NCBI GenBank assembly: GCA_964587045.1
Contig: CAZPJY010000008.1
Coordinates: forward strand, 1-54,378
Direction of reading: 5' to 3'
DNA from: an uncultured Methanosarcinales archaeon
GTDB taxonomy: Archaea > Nanobdellota > Nanobdellia > Woesearchaeales > CAZPJY01
Length of the DNA stretch: 54,378 nucleotides
Of the stretch, positions 39,082 to 48,207 are shown piece by piece. The position numbers and the translations under genes are program-made. Position 1 is the stretch's first letter; each line of letters begins with the position of its first letter. The notes under the pieces were generated by a model. It saw only the letters and a program-made list of their open reading frames with translations. It was not told the DNA's origin and did not search any database.

Positions 39082-39963
39082 TCAGCTCTTCTCCTTATTC
39101 CCTAACAGCTCCTGGATATGGAACAGTGCGGCCAATGATATGAACCGGATGTTCCTCAACCTGTACTCCGTTTTAGGTAGGAGCGAATGGTGCTGGAATA
39201 AGTGGTAGCCCCAGGAGAATAGCAGCCCAGGCACTTCACAAGCCTTGTAGCCGTGACCTTCCTCATGGTCGTTCTTGAGGTCCTTCAAGTCGTCAAAGAG
39301 GTTGGCAGTGATTCCCTGCTCATCGAGGAAGGGTTGGCAGCCGTTGGGATAAGCGGGCACATACTGCTGAGCTAGTGCGGTGGTGAGCCTCGCGGCCCTA
39401 AAGCCCACCTCTTTTGATATATCAAGTTTCCTTGAGTGGGAAGAGTTCGCTCTGGCCAAATCCTCAAGTTCTGACCTGTACAAATATATCTCACCAACAA
39501 CGCCCTCAGCAGCGACCTTCCTTGCGCTGTTTATTATCCTGTCCTTGTCAGGGTTTCTGTCTGAGTAGGGCTTGCCGTCGATGCAAGACTCCATCAGCTG
39601 GCCTAAGAAGTCCTCCCTTTCGGCCCCTGAGATTTGATTCTTGTCGAGGTAGGAATCTATTAATTTTATTCCAGCCCATAGAGTCCCTATGGCGAAGGCT
39701 GCCTGTTGGGAGTACGGCTGGTAGGATTCGGCGTTGAGTCCACAGATTTCCATGTTGATCAGGAAGGCCTGGGCTGGCACATCGAAGTTGGCCCTGTTTG
39801 CGTAAAGTGCCATCTGGCTGGTCATGTATTCCTCATCCTCTCCCAATAGGGTTGCCAGGTTTTTGAGCTTATCTGCGGCGAAGAGGCGAAACTCTACTCC
39901 AAGCTGACGGTAGTAATATACCTTGGGAAACATGGAGGTGTGGATTTTATTCAGGATTGACAT
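39082..39963 (-). CDS. Hypothetical protein, possible class I isoprenoid-synthase fold
   Basis: Two aspartate-rich motifs, LIDSYLD and LFDDLKDLKND; all-helical composition. Confidence 0.5.
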   Translation of the reverse strand: MSILNKIHTSMFPKVYYYRQLGVEFRLFAADKLKNLATLLGEDEEYMTSQMALYANRANFDVPAQAFLINMEICGLNAESYQPYSQQAAFAIGTLWAGIKLIDSYLDKNQISGAEREDFLGQLMESCIDGKPYSDRNPDKDRIINSARKVAAEGVVGEIYLYRSELEDLARANSSHSRKLDISKEVGFRAARLTTALAQQYVPAYPNGCQPFLDEQGITANLFDDLKDLKNDHEEGHGYKACEVPGLLFSWGYHLFQHHSLLPKTEYRLRNIRFISLAALFHIQELLGNKEKS

Positions 39964-40065
39964 ATGCACCGAGAGAATCCGGTTATTTAAAAAGGTTCAT
40001 ACATATAATCCTCATTCGAATTCACAATGTTTTTATATCCCTCCACTTTCTTTGTTGTGGACTTT

Positions 40066-40192
40066 GCGGGGGTAGCCAAGCGGCTAAGGCGATCGGCTGC
40101 AGCAAACTTGTTTGCTGGAACCTCGGTATGATGAGCTTCGGCGATGATTTGTGGATACCGATTATTCGTGGGTTCGAGTCCCACCTCCCGCT
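40066..40192 (+). tRNA. tRNA-Cys(GCA) with 54-nt intron at 37/38 (intron 40103-40156)
   Basis: GCGGGGG/CTCCCGC acceptor stem, U discriminator; ATCGG-CT-GCA-G^A-CCGAT; BHB helix CTGC/GTGG with AG^C and AT^A bulges; T-tract follows. Confidence 0.9.
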
Positions 40193-40239
40193 CTTTTTTT
40201 CCATAACCCTTAAAAATAGAGCATATTCTGTGCTGTTCA

Positions 40240-40620
40240 ATGGACCTGATAAAGCACCTGACAATCGCGTATTCGATACTAATCATACTGCTGGTCCTCC
40301 TGATAGGAATCTACGTCTTCGCTGACTTTGAGGAAGTGGAGAAACCCACCTCTGTGACTTACTACATAACAGAGCAGGGCCCGCAGACCGTCGTTATGGG
40401 AGAGGAGGCGCAGCCCGCCGTCGACCCTTTCCAGAGGCGCAGGGAAGTACTCGCGATCGAGGCTGAGGAAGAAGAGCTCCAGCGCTGCATCGAGACGCTG
40501 AGCAGCAAGTGGGAACGCAATATCGATGGGCAGTTCTATGAGGGATACAATGAGGAGCTCGACGCTCAGTGGGTCCAGGATCTCCGTATGCGCCTGATGC
40601 TCGGTGAAGACATCTGCTAG
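40240..40620 (+). CDS. Hypothetical membrane-anchored protein (126 aa)
   Basis: N-terminal TM followed by an acidic domain. Confidence 0.7.
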   Translation: MDLIKHLTIAYSILIILLVLLIGIYVFADFEEVEKPTSVTYYITEQGPQTVVMGEEAQPAVDPFQRRREVLAIEAEEEELQRCIETLSSKWERNIDGQFYEGYNEELDAQWVQDLRMRLMLGEDIC

Positions 40621-40657
40621 GAAAGGAATATAAACCCCGTAGGATTCTCCAACGCTC

Positions 40658-41233
40658 ATGATATCTGAGTTGCTCACGGCATTCTTCTCTATCTTTGTAG
40701 TGATGGACATCTTCGGCAACATCCCTTTGTTTGCGATCCTCCTGGAGAAGTACCCTGAACATGAACGCAGGAAGAGGGGGAACAGGGCAATTCTCTACGC
40801 CACCGGCCTGCTGCTACTATTTCTGTTCCTGGGGAAATATGTCTTGGCTTTTTTCGGTATATCCTTTGAGAGCTTCAAAATAGCAGGAGGTCTCATCCTA
40901 CTAATTATGGGGATTACATACGTCCTCAACCTCAAGCTTCCCCACCAGCATTCCGACTACTACGACGTCGCAGTTTTTCCGATAGCCACACCCCTGATAA
41001 CCGGACCGGGTGTCATCACCACCATCATAATACTCACCCAGCAGCTGGGCTGGATTGCCGTTCTCATCGGCAGCGTGGCGAACCTTCTACTGACCTACAT
41101 AGGGCTCCGCAACGTGAAATGGCTGCTCAAAGTCCTGGGCAGGCAGGGCTGCGATGTCATGACACGGATCTTCGGACTGATCCTGACTGCCATCGCCGTC
41201 GAGTACATCCTTCAGGGCGTGCTGGCATTCTGA
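40658..41233 (+). CDS. MarC family membrane protein
   Basis: D.FGNIP, FKIAGGLIL, PIATPLITGPG, TRIFGLILTAIAVE. Confidence 0.9.
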   Translation: MISELLTAFFSIFVVMDIFGNIPLFAILLEKYPEHERRKRGNRAILYATGLLLLFLFLGKYVLAFFGISFESFKIAGGLILLIMGITYVLNLKLPHQHSDYYDVAVFPIATPLITGPGVITTIIILTQQLGWIAVLIGSVANLLLTYIGLRNVKWLLKVLGRQGCDVMTRIFGLILTAIAVEYILQGVLAF

Positions 41234-41275
41234 ACCGCGGAAGCTTTTTATAGCCGAAGCCAATACTAAACCGCC

Positions 41276-42007
41276 ATGCAAAGGGTGCTAGTAGCTGACG
41301 GTGGGAGGTGGTTCTACTGGAACGGCCAAGACCTGCACACACAGTTCGGATTCATCAGGTCCGACGAGATATCAAAGGCCAAGCCTGGCGCTGTGCTGAA
41401 GACCAACACAGGAAAGCAGATGCGCGTGATGGACGCCTCTTTCATCGACCTGTTTAGCAGGCTCAAGAGGATGCCGCAGATCATCCCTAGAAAAGATGTG
41501 GGGATAATAATCGCCGAAACAGGGATAGGCAAAGACAGCGTCGTAATCGACGCTGGCACCGGTTCTGGGGCGCTCGCCTGTAGCCTCGCACACATTGTAA
41601 GGAAGGTGACCAGCTACGAGCTTAGGGAGGACTTTGCAGAAGTCGCCCAAAAGAACAGGGAGAGGCTTGGGCTGAAGAACCTGAATATCAAGATAGGTGA
41701 TGTGTACAAGTCCGTTAGGGAGCGTAACGCCGACCTGGTCGTCCTCGACCTGCCGGAGCCCTGGCTTGCCATACCCCAAGCAGCGAAGGCGCTGAAGGTC
41801 GGGGGTTTCCTGGTCTCATATTCCCCTTCCATACCACAGGTCAGCGATTTCGTCGAAGCGCTGACCGAGGACTTCATCTTCATCAAGACAGTAGAAGTGG
41901 CGGAGAGGGAATGGGAGGTCAACAAGCGGAAGATCCGTCCCAAGAGCCCTGCAATCGGGCATTCAGGTTTCATGACATTCACGAGAAAGATTGGAGGTGA
42001 GAAATGA
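41276..42007 (+). CDS. trmI: tRNA (adenine-N1)-methyltransferase (TrmI/GCD14)
   Basis: PQII.RKD, DAGTGSG, YELRED, LDLPEPW, YSPSIPQV, GHSGF. Confidence 0.9.
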   Translation: MQRVLVADGGRWFYWNGQDLHTQFGFIRSDEISKAKPGAVLKTNTGKQMRVMDASFIDLFSRLKRMPQIIPRKDVGIIIAETGIGKDSVVIDAGTGSGALACSLAHIVRKVTSYELREDFAEVAQKNRERLGLKNLNIKIGDVYKSVRERNADLVVLDLPEPWLAIPQAAKALKVGGFLVSYSPSIPQVSDFVEALTEDFIFIKTVEVAEREWEVNKRKIRPKSPAIGHSGFMTFTRKIGGEK

Positions 42008-42234
42008 TGCAAGCTTTCGTGCTTATCAAGGCCCAGTCAGGCGCAGAGAACGCAGTTATCCGGAACCTGCACAAGCTTGACGAGGTAGTGGACGACTACA
42101 TACTCTTTGGCGAGTGGGACATCCTCCTCAAGGTAGAGCTGCCCTCACCCGAAGCGCTGGCGACTTTTGTAATGGAGAAGATCAGGACCATCAAGGAGGT
42201 CAGCCTGACCTCGACCCTCATCGTAGCCAAGTGA
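42004..42234 (+). CDS. Stand-alone Lrp/AsnC ligand-binding domain protein
   Basis: AFVLIK, LFGEWDILLKV, IRTIKEV..TSTLI. Confidence 0.85.
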   Translation: MMQAFVLIKAQSGAENAVIRNLHKLDEVVDDYILFGEWDILLKVELPSPEALATFVMEKIRTIKEVSLTSTLIVAK

Positions 42235-42240
42235 ACCAGC

Positions 42241-43218
42241 ATGAGCCTTGAGCTGCTCCTGTCTCCAAAAAAGATTGAGAAGAAGCCGCAGCTAATCTTC
42301 CTTTTCTCGATTCTCGCGGCCACCATAGCCATACTGCTGTCGATTCGCATCTTTCCCTCCCATGCGTCCATCGTGATGATAACCTTCACAATCCTTCCTC
42401 TGATTCCCCTCATGGTCAAGTTCATCGAGATAGAGGAGTATTCCTACGAGCACACCAAGCACCCCTTGAGGAGGCACAACCTGCTCAAGATTTACTGCTT
42501 CATCTTCCTAGGCCTGGTGGTCGGGTTCTCGTTTTGGTACACCTTCCTCCCGACCGGAGTGACCGAAGGTCTCTTTTCCGAGCAGCTTAACACCATAAGC
42601 TCTGGAAGGTTCCAAGCCCAGAAGGCCAACTACATATCGCCCTACTGCGTCGAGCCCATACCTGAAGGGGTTACCGGCTGCAGCATCACGGATTTCGGGG
42701 GCGACAGCGAGTATGAGTATGTCCTTTACACCAACTTCAACGACAGGCCGAGCCACATACTTAGCCTGGAGGACGGAAATGTGGAGGAGTTCGACTCGTT
42801 CTTCTTCCGCTATGTGCTATTCAACAACCTACAGCTTCTCCTGATGGTCTTCCTCACCTCCTTCATCTTCGGAGCTGGCGCCATTTTCATCATCGCATGG
42901 AATGCCTCGCTCGTCGGTATATTCATAGGTGAAACAGTCCATAAGATGCTCGCCATGTTCCCGATGTTCTACTACGCGCGCGTCCCGGCGTACTTTGCGG
43001 CGCTTCCCTTGTCGCTGGGCTCGATACTCCTCCACGGCATCCCGGAGTTCCTGGGTTTCTTCATGGCCGCCTTGTCAGGGGGAGTGATATCGGTTGCCAT
43101 GATCAGGCACAGGTTCATGGACGCGCATTTCAGGCTGGTCATGAAAGACGCGCTATTGCTCTTCTTCATCGCTGTGGCGCTGGTGCTTGTCGCAGCCTAT
43201 ATCGAGGTGCTAGTGTGA
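42241..43218 (+). CDS. SpoIIM (DUF95)-like membrane protein
   Basis: LFNNL, GAGAIFIIAWNASLVG, HGIPE, AAYIEV. Confidence 0.8.
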   Translation: MSLELLLSPKKIEKKPQLIFLFSILAATIAILLSIRIFPSHASIVMITFTILPLIPLMVKFIEIEEYSYEHTKHPLRRHNLLKIYCFIFLGLVVGFSFWYTFLPTGVTEGLFSEQLNTISSGRFQAQKANYISPYCVEPIPEGVTGCSITDFGGDSEYEYVLYTNFNDRPSHILSLEDGNVEEFDSFFFRYVLFNNLQLLLMVFLTSFIFGAGAIFIIAWNASLVGIFIGETVHKMLAMFPMFYYARVPAYFAALPLSLGSILLHGIPEFLGFFMAALSGGVISVAMIRHRFMDAHFRLVMKDALLLFFIAVALVLVAAYIEVLV

Positions 43219-43775
43219 AACGCCAGATAAGGGTAATCGGCATAGACGACGCTTCGTTCGACAAGTACAAGGACACCGAGGTGCTGGTGATAGGAACAGT
43301 GTTCAGGGGCGGCGACTTCATGGACGGCCTTGTCTCCACCAGGGTCAAGAGGGATGGAGATGATGCCACAGGCAAAATAATCGAGATGATAAAGGGCACC
43401 AAGTTCCTCCCTCAGTTGCAGGCGGTGATGCTGGACGGAATCGCGGTCGCTGGATTCAACGTCATCGACATAGAAAGGCTCTATGATGAGACAGGTCTGC
43501 CTGTGATAGTAGTGATTAGGAAGGATCCCGATGTGGGCACCATTAAGGCCACGCTTGCCAAGCTGGGGATGGGAGACAAGGTGGCTCTCATCGAACGCGC
43601 AGGTCCTGTCCGCAAGGTGGGCAGGCTTTACGTCCAGCAGAAGGGATTAGAAGAGGATGAGCTCAAGGAGCTCCTAAGGATAACCTGCACGCATGCGAAC
43701 GTGCCCGAGCCGATCAGGATGGCCCATATCATCGGTTCAGGCATCAGCCTAGGGGAGAGCAGGGGCAACGCTTAG
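43215..43775 (+). CDS. DUF99/UPF0215 endonuclease V-like protein
   Basis: VIGIDD, DGDDAT, LDGIAVAGFNVID, PEPIRMAH. Confidence 0.88.
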   Translation: MKRQIRVIGIDDASFDKYKDTEVLVIGTVFRGGDFMDGLVSTRVKRDGDDATGKIIEMIKGTKFLPQLQAVMLDGIAVAGFNVIDIERLYDETGLPVIVVIRKDPDVGTIKATLAKLGMGDKVALIERAGPVRKVGRLYVQQKGLEEDELKELLRITCTHANVPEPIRMAHIIGSGISLGESRGNA

Positions 43776-44339
43776 GTATATTCTGAAGCCAGAGCCCCTC
43801 GCAAGCACCCTGACATTGCCGAATACGTTCTCCATATGGGATTCCAGCTGCCTTCCTCCCTTGCTGCGGCGGGCCACGAGCTGGAGGGTGCCTTCTGCAT
43901 TCAGGCGCTTCTTCGCCCCTTCTATCATGCTGAAGCATACGTCCTTACCTGCGCTCTGGGGGGGATTTAGGAGTATGGTGTCGAACTTGCCTTTCACGTT
44001 CCTGAAAAGGTCGCTCTTGACCGCTTCGGCGTTCATTATGTGGTTGGTCCTGATGTTGTTCCTGGCTGCGCTGACTGCGCGCTCGTTCACGTCGCTGAGA
44101 ACGACCTCTTCGCATTCAGGCGCCACAGCAACGCCCACTGCGCCGTAGCCGCATCCCAGGTCCAGGACCCTGCCGGTAACAGAGCATTTCTCGATTAGCA
44201 GGCGGCTTCCGGTGTCGATCTTGCCGTACGAGAACACGCCGGAGACGGTCAGAAGCTCCAACTGCCGCCCCCTGAGACTTGCCATGACGGTCTTGCTCTT
44301 CAGGCGCGAGTCCTGCTTTGCATCGTAATAATGTGCCAT
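43749..44339 (-). CDS. Small RsmC-like (MTS) SAM methyltransferase
   Basis: GVFSYGKIDTGS, LDLGCGYG, DVNERA, NPP. Confidence 0.88.
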   Translation of the reverse strand: MAHYYDAKQDSRLKSKTVMASLRGRQLELLTVSGVFSYGKIDTGSRLLIEKCSVTGRVLDLGCGYGAVGVAVAPECEEVVLSDVNERAVSAARNNIRTNHIMNAEAVKSDLFRNVKGKFDTILLNPPQSAGKDVCFSMIEGAKKRLNAEGTLQLVARRSKGGRQLESHMENVFGNVRVLARGSGFRIYLSVAPALP

Positions 44340-44439
44340 CCGGCTAGTGATTTGGGCTCCAACAATAAATAATATTCGAAAAATATTAATAGGAGACTCC
44401 CCTCAGAGGATGTATCCAGGGTAAAAGAGGTGTACTCCT

Positions 44440-44625
44440 ATGGCTAAAGCTCTCGAATTTGTCCTTATCGCCGTCGCGCTCGGTGCAGTTCTCGCAATCG
44501 CATATCTCGTTCGCATGCTAGTCCGAAACAGGATGCGCAGCATCGAGGTACGTGAGGATTTTCTCAAGCACAGCGACAAGCTGGAAAAATACGCTAAGAA
44601 ACCGGCGAAAAAGAAGAAAAAATAG
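44440..44625 (+). CDS. Small single-TM protein with Lys-rich tail (61 aa)
   Basis: GAGGTG RBS; hydrophobic N-terminus. Confidence 0.7.
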   Translation: MAKALEFVLIAVALGAVLAIAYLVRMLVRNRMRSIEVREDFLKHSDKLEKYAKKPAKKKKK

Positions 44626-44678
44626 TTCTAGCCGGAGAACCCGCCTCCTCCTCCGAATCCACCGCCGGAGAACCCGCC

Positions 44679-44778
44679 NNNNNNNNNNNNNNNNNNNNNN
44701 NNNNNNNNNNNNNNNNNNNNNNNNNNNNNNNNNNNNNNNNNNNNNNNNNNNNNNNNNNNNNNNNNNNNNNNNNNNNNN
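44679..44778. other. Scaffold gap (100 N) with an identical 55-nt sequence on both sides
   Basis: 44624-44678 is identical to 44779-44833. Confidence 0.95.
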
Positions 44779-44782
44779 AGTT

Positions 44783-46279
44783 CTAGCCGGAGAACCCGCC
44801 TCCTCCTCCGAATCCACCGCCGGAGAACCCGCCGCCTCCTCCGAATCCACCGCCGGAGAACCCGCCGCCTCCTCCGAATCCACCGCTGGAGAACCCGCCG
44901 CCTGAAGACCAGCTGCTGCTGGATGAGCCTCCGCTACTCCAGGTCGTGGAACTGCTATAGCTGCTTGGGGGGTTGTAGTTGAGGTTGTTCTCGAGATGTC
45001 GCTTGAGCCGGCTGTTGTCGAATGCACCGATAGAAAATCCTTTGAGGTACCTCGAGATGCCGTTCCCTTCGTAGTCGTAGTCGTCGTCGTTGTAGTCGTT
45101 GTACCTCATCCAGTCAGTCACTTCGTCGAGCTCCTTTATATCATGGGAGATTGCGTTTTCTTTCTTTTGAAGTTCCAGGCCCTCATCATTCAGCCTGAGC
45201 AAGGTCCTACGCAGCTCGATGATGTGCGGGACGTACTCATTGACCTCAGGGTCGTTATCGCTGTGCATCATACCGAGCAGCTCCTCATCGCTCCGTCCTC
45301 GGAGGCCGCCGATTAGGGATTCCAATGCCTGCTTGTGGTATTGGTTCTTGGGTTTTGAGAGGGCATCCTGCTTTTCCATCAGCCGGCCGTACTCCTCCTG
45401 GATGCTCGCTATGCTGTTCTCAGTTCTTGCGATGGCATCTTCTGTGGAAGCGCGCTGCTCCCTGACCCTGTCAAGGCCAACCTCTTTGGTGACTTCTGCT
45501 TCCGTCTCATGAGTCTTGGCAACCAGCTTGTCATGTTCGCCGTTGATTTTTTTGATGGTATTGTCGAACTCCTCTATCCGACCCTGGATGGTTTGGTACA
45601 TCTTCTTCTTCTCTGCATAGCCTGACCTTTTGGCGATCTTTTTGTCCATCCAGGAAGTAAACCAGCCGGTTAGGAGGCCTGTCTTGTATTCTGGTGTGCC
45701 GAAGTTCCTGCTCTCAAGGTAAGCGATCTTTTTGTTCTTCTTGTACGCGTTGAGGAAATATGCGTTCATTGTTACATACCTACCCTTGATGGCTTCCTTC
45801 TCCTTTGCAAGATTCTCTTTTCCGTTGATTTCCCTGACAGTATCGTTGTAGGTATCATCACCTGCGAGAATCGACCTGGCCTCGTTGGCGAGCTCCTTTT
45901 CCCTGTCCAGAATCTCTTCGAGATTGTCCCTCTGCTCTTCTAGGATGCTGACATTATCAGAGTATTTCACCCTGTTGCTCCTGGTAATTTCCTCAAGCAG
46001 TTTCTGTTTCAAGATGAGTTCTTCATAGAAATCCTCGACGTCCTTGTGTGGGAAGGACCTTTTCAGCCGTTTGAGCACTTTTATATCAGTTATGTCCCTC
46101 AAGCGCGGCATGAAATCGAGTGCGGTGAGAGTCAGGTACCTGTCCTTTTCGATATTGGTCTCCCTCATCTTGTCGTCGATGCTCTTTATTTCATTCTGGA
46201 CTGAGTTCCTGTCCTGCTCCCAGCTTCGGAGGGTTGATGTGATTTTCCTGTATATATCGTCTCCGTCCATTTTCACCAC
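44783..46279 (-). CDS. Long coiled-coil protein with Gly/Phe-rich C-terminal tail
   Basis: 498 aa, charged heptad-like composition; central YLESRNFGTPEY block; GGGF repeats. Confidence 0.8.
   Translation of the reverse strand: MVKMDGDDIYRKITSTLRSWEQDRNSVQNEIKSIDDKMRETNIEKDRYLTLTALDFMPRLRDITDIKVLKRLKRSFPHKDVEDFYEELILKQKLLEEITRSNRVKYSDNVSILEEQRDNLEEILDREKELANEARSILAGDDTYNDTVREINGKENLAKEKEAIKGRYVTMNAYFLNAYKKNKKIAYLESRNFGTPEYKTGLLTGWFTSWMDKKIAKRSGYAEKKKMYQTIQGRIEEFDNTIKKINGEHDKLVAKTHETEAEVTKEVGLDRVREQRASTEDAIARTENSIASIQEEYGRLMEKQDALSKPKNQYHKQALESLIGGLRGRSDEELLGMMHSDNDPEVNEYVPHIIELRRTLLRLNDEGLELQKKENAISHDIKELDEVTDWMRYNDYNDDDYDYEGNGISRYLKGFSIGAFDNSRLKRHLENNLNYNPPSSYSSSTTWSSGGSSSSSWSSGGGFSSGGFGGGGGFSGGGFGGGGGFSGGGFGGGGGFSG
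44786..44902 (-). repeat. 33-bp tandem repeat (about 3.5 copies) encoding GGGFSGGGFGG
   Basis: CCGGAGAACCCGCC(T/G)CCTCCTCCGAATCCACCG with period 33. Confidence 0.9.
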
Positions 46280-47349
46280 TCCAACTTCCTGCTCGGGATT
46301 GTCTTGAGCTTACCATTATACTCAGATATCTCGACGTTTTCGTTGATTTTGTTACGGGATAGGTATCCGATGTCCTTCTCTGCGAAGATACGGTAGACCG
46401 GTCCGACCCTTTCGGCAGCGACCCTTCTGTAGGTATCTTGGGTTATGCCGACGCCGTATTCATACATCCAATCCTTTTCGACCTTATCCGTCTCCCAATC
46501 ATCGATTGGGGCTTCAATTTTATCACCAGTATCGCGGTCTATTCTGTGGACGTTGAGGAACCAGTGCGCGGGGATGTCGTTGTATGTCCTGATTGTTCCG
46601 CCTTTTACTACTTCTTTCCATCTTCGTTTGAGTTCCGCTGCGTTCCAATCTAGGTCCTTGAGGGCCTCCTCAGCCTGAATATAATCTCCCCTTGCCAGGG
46701 CGGTCGTGGCCTGGTATGCCAGGTCATCGAATACTTCGTCGTCCTTGTCCAGGAAGGCCTCGCTTTTCAGCTGCTCGACCCTTGCGGGAAGCGCTGATAC
46801 AGCATCTAAAACGGCCTGCCTGCCCTGTTTCTGGACGTGACCAATATAAGCGACTGTTCCCCCAATCAAGGCGCCGCCTACAATGAAGGCAAGCGCTATC
46901 AGGCTGGTCTTCTTTGCGGTCTTCTTGTGCGCATCCCTATTCATGTAGATTCCGGCAAACCAGTCGAAGAAGGTCCTCTTTCCTGTCATTATCTGGAACG
47001 GTTCTGTCGCGTCGACGAACAGATCTGAAACCCCTACCGTAAACCTGCCCAGGGGCTTGTCGACAAATGTAGGGATGTCCTTGAGGTCATATTCCTTTGT
47101 GAAGCTTGAGTTTGACAGATAAAGGTTTTCTACAAGGGTATTGTCAATAGTATTGACAATCTCATTCCTGATTTTCTCAAATGTCTCTCGTTGGTCCGCC
47201 TTGATGATTTCTGACAGGTTATCAGGATACCTACTCACGAAGAGCTCATTAAGCAGCGATTGGTAATCCTTGCCGTCCAGGTCTGAAGGGATTCTCAGCT
47301 CAAGTGCGTCATGGTCGCCTGTCGTGTTGATTCTCAAAAGTTGGTCCAT
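46273..47349 (-). CDS. Single-TM protein with DUF6384-like C-terminal domain
   Basis: Central TM; WFLNVHRID...IDDWETDK...YGVGITQDTYRRVAAE...EKDIGYL recalls DUF6384 (from memory, not searched). Confidence 0.55.
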   Translation of the reverse strand: MDQLLRINTTGDHDALELRIPSDLDGKDYQSLLNELFVSRYPDNLSEIIKADQRETFEKIRNEIVNTIDNTLVENLYLSNSSFTKEYDLKDIPTFVDKPLGRFTVGVSDLFVDATEPFQIMTGKRTFFDWFAGIYMNRDAHKKTAKKTSLIALAFIVGGALIGGTVAYIGHVQKQGRQAVLDAVSALPARVEQLKSEAFLDKDDEVFDDLAYQATTALARGDYIQAEEALKDLDWNAAELKRRWKEVVKGGTIRTYNDIPAHWFLNVHRIDRDTGDKIEAPIDDWETDKVEKDWMYEYGVGITQDTYRRVAAERVGPVYRIFAEKDIGYLSRNKINENVEISEYNGKLKTIPSRKLEW

Positions 47350-47466
47350 TGTGAGTTGGAGGGCTGAATCTACTATTTATAAATCTTTTCGAAATGTTAC
47401 TATCAAATAGGGGCAATTATCACTCTTGCAAACCTATTTATACTTGGCGTGGTGACCTGCAGAGGG

Positions 47467-48207
47467 ATGAAAACCGACCAGGCACCGAATTACCAGGCCA
47501 TACTTTCAGAAGCCGTCGAACGCAAGGCATTCATCGTCGTCTATGCGAGGTGCGAGGTCAACTACTCAGGCAGGGCTGAAAGCTACCTTCCCCTGGGAGA
47601 GCGGGTGATAGTAATAAAATCAGACGGCACCGTGCTCATCCACCAGCCGACAGGCAACACGCCGGTCAATTACATGAAGGAAGGTGCCTCCATCAACCTG
47701 ACGCAGCATGAGGGCAGGCTTCTCCTGTCTGTCAGGCAGGGAAAAGAGTACCTGGATGTGACCATACACAGAGTGATCTCATTCGACTTCCACAACCTCG
47801 ATGACGATGGCAAGCTGCAGCTCGTGGGAAGCGAAAAGGACATGGCAGACATGCTGTTCTCCCACCCAGACATGATTGAGAGGGGATTCAGGCCCCTCTC
47901 GAGGGAAGAGCACACCAAGTACGGCTTCATAGACCTGTTCGGTTACGACAAGGAAAAGGTCCTGGTGATAGTGGAGTGCAAGCGCTACGGCGCCGATCTC
48001 AAGGCTGTCAGCCAGCTGCGCAGGTACGTGGAAAGGATTAAGAAATCGAAGGGCCTAGACAAGGTAAGGGGCATCATCGCGGCGCCGAAGATAAGCGGCA
48101 ACGCAAGGAAGATGCTTGAGGACTGGGGATTCTCGTTCGCAGAGGTCAAGCCGCCCAAGTACCTTGAGAGGCACGATAAAAACCAGGCCAAGCTTTTCGA
48201 TTTCTAG
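47467..48207 (+). CDS. nucS: Endonuclease NucS/EndoMS
   Basis: CEVNYSGRA, IKSDGTVLIH, GSEKDM, IDLFG.D, IVECKR, AVSQLRRY. Confidence 0.95.
   Translation: MKTDQAPNYQAILSEAVERKAFIVVYARCEVNYSGRAESYLPLGERVIVIKSDGTVLIHQPTGNTPVNYMKEGASINLTQHEGRLLLSVRQGKEYLDVTIHRVISFDFHNLDDDGKLQLVGSEKDMADMLFSHPDMIERGFRPLSREEHTKYGFIDLFGYDKEKVLVIVECKRYGADLKAVSQLRRYVERIKKSKGLDKVRGIIAAPKISGNARKMLEDWGFSFAEVKPPKYLERHDKNQAKLFDF

Noticed and set aside
36084..40200. Provirus or integrative element at tRNA-Arg/tRNA-Cys
   Set aside because: No integrase, viral genes or duplicated tRNA 3' end seen
44624..44833. 55-nt direct repeat flanking the N gap, resembling a target-site duplication or att site
   Set aside because: An exact duplicate around a 100-N gap inside a tandem repeat is typical of an assembler overlap artefact; only the repeat copy number is uncertain
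44786..44902. 33-bp repeats as a CRISPR array
   Set aside because: No spacers; in-frame Gly-rich coding repeat; no cas genes
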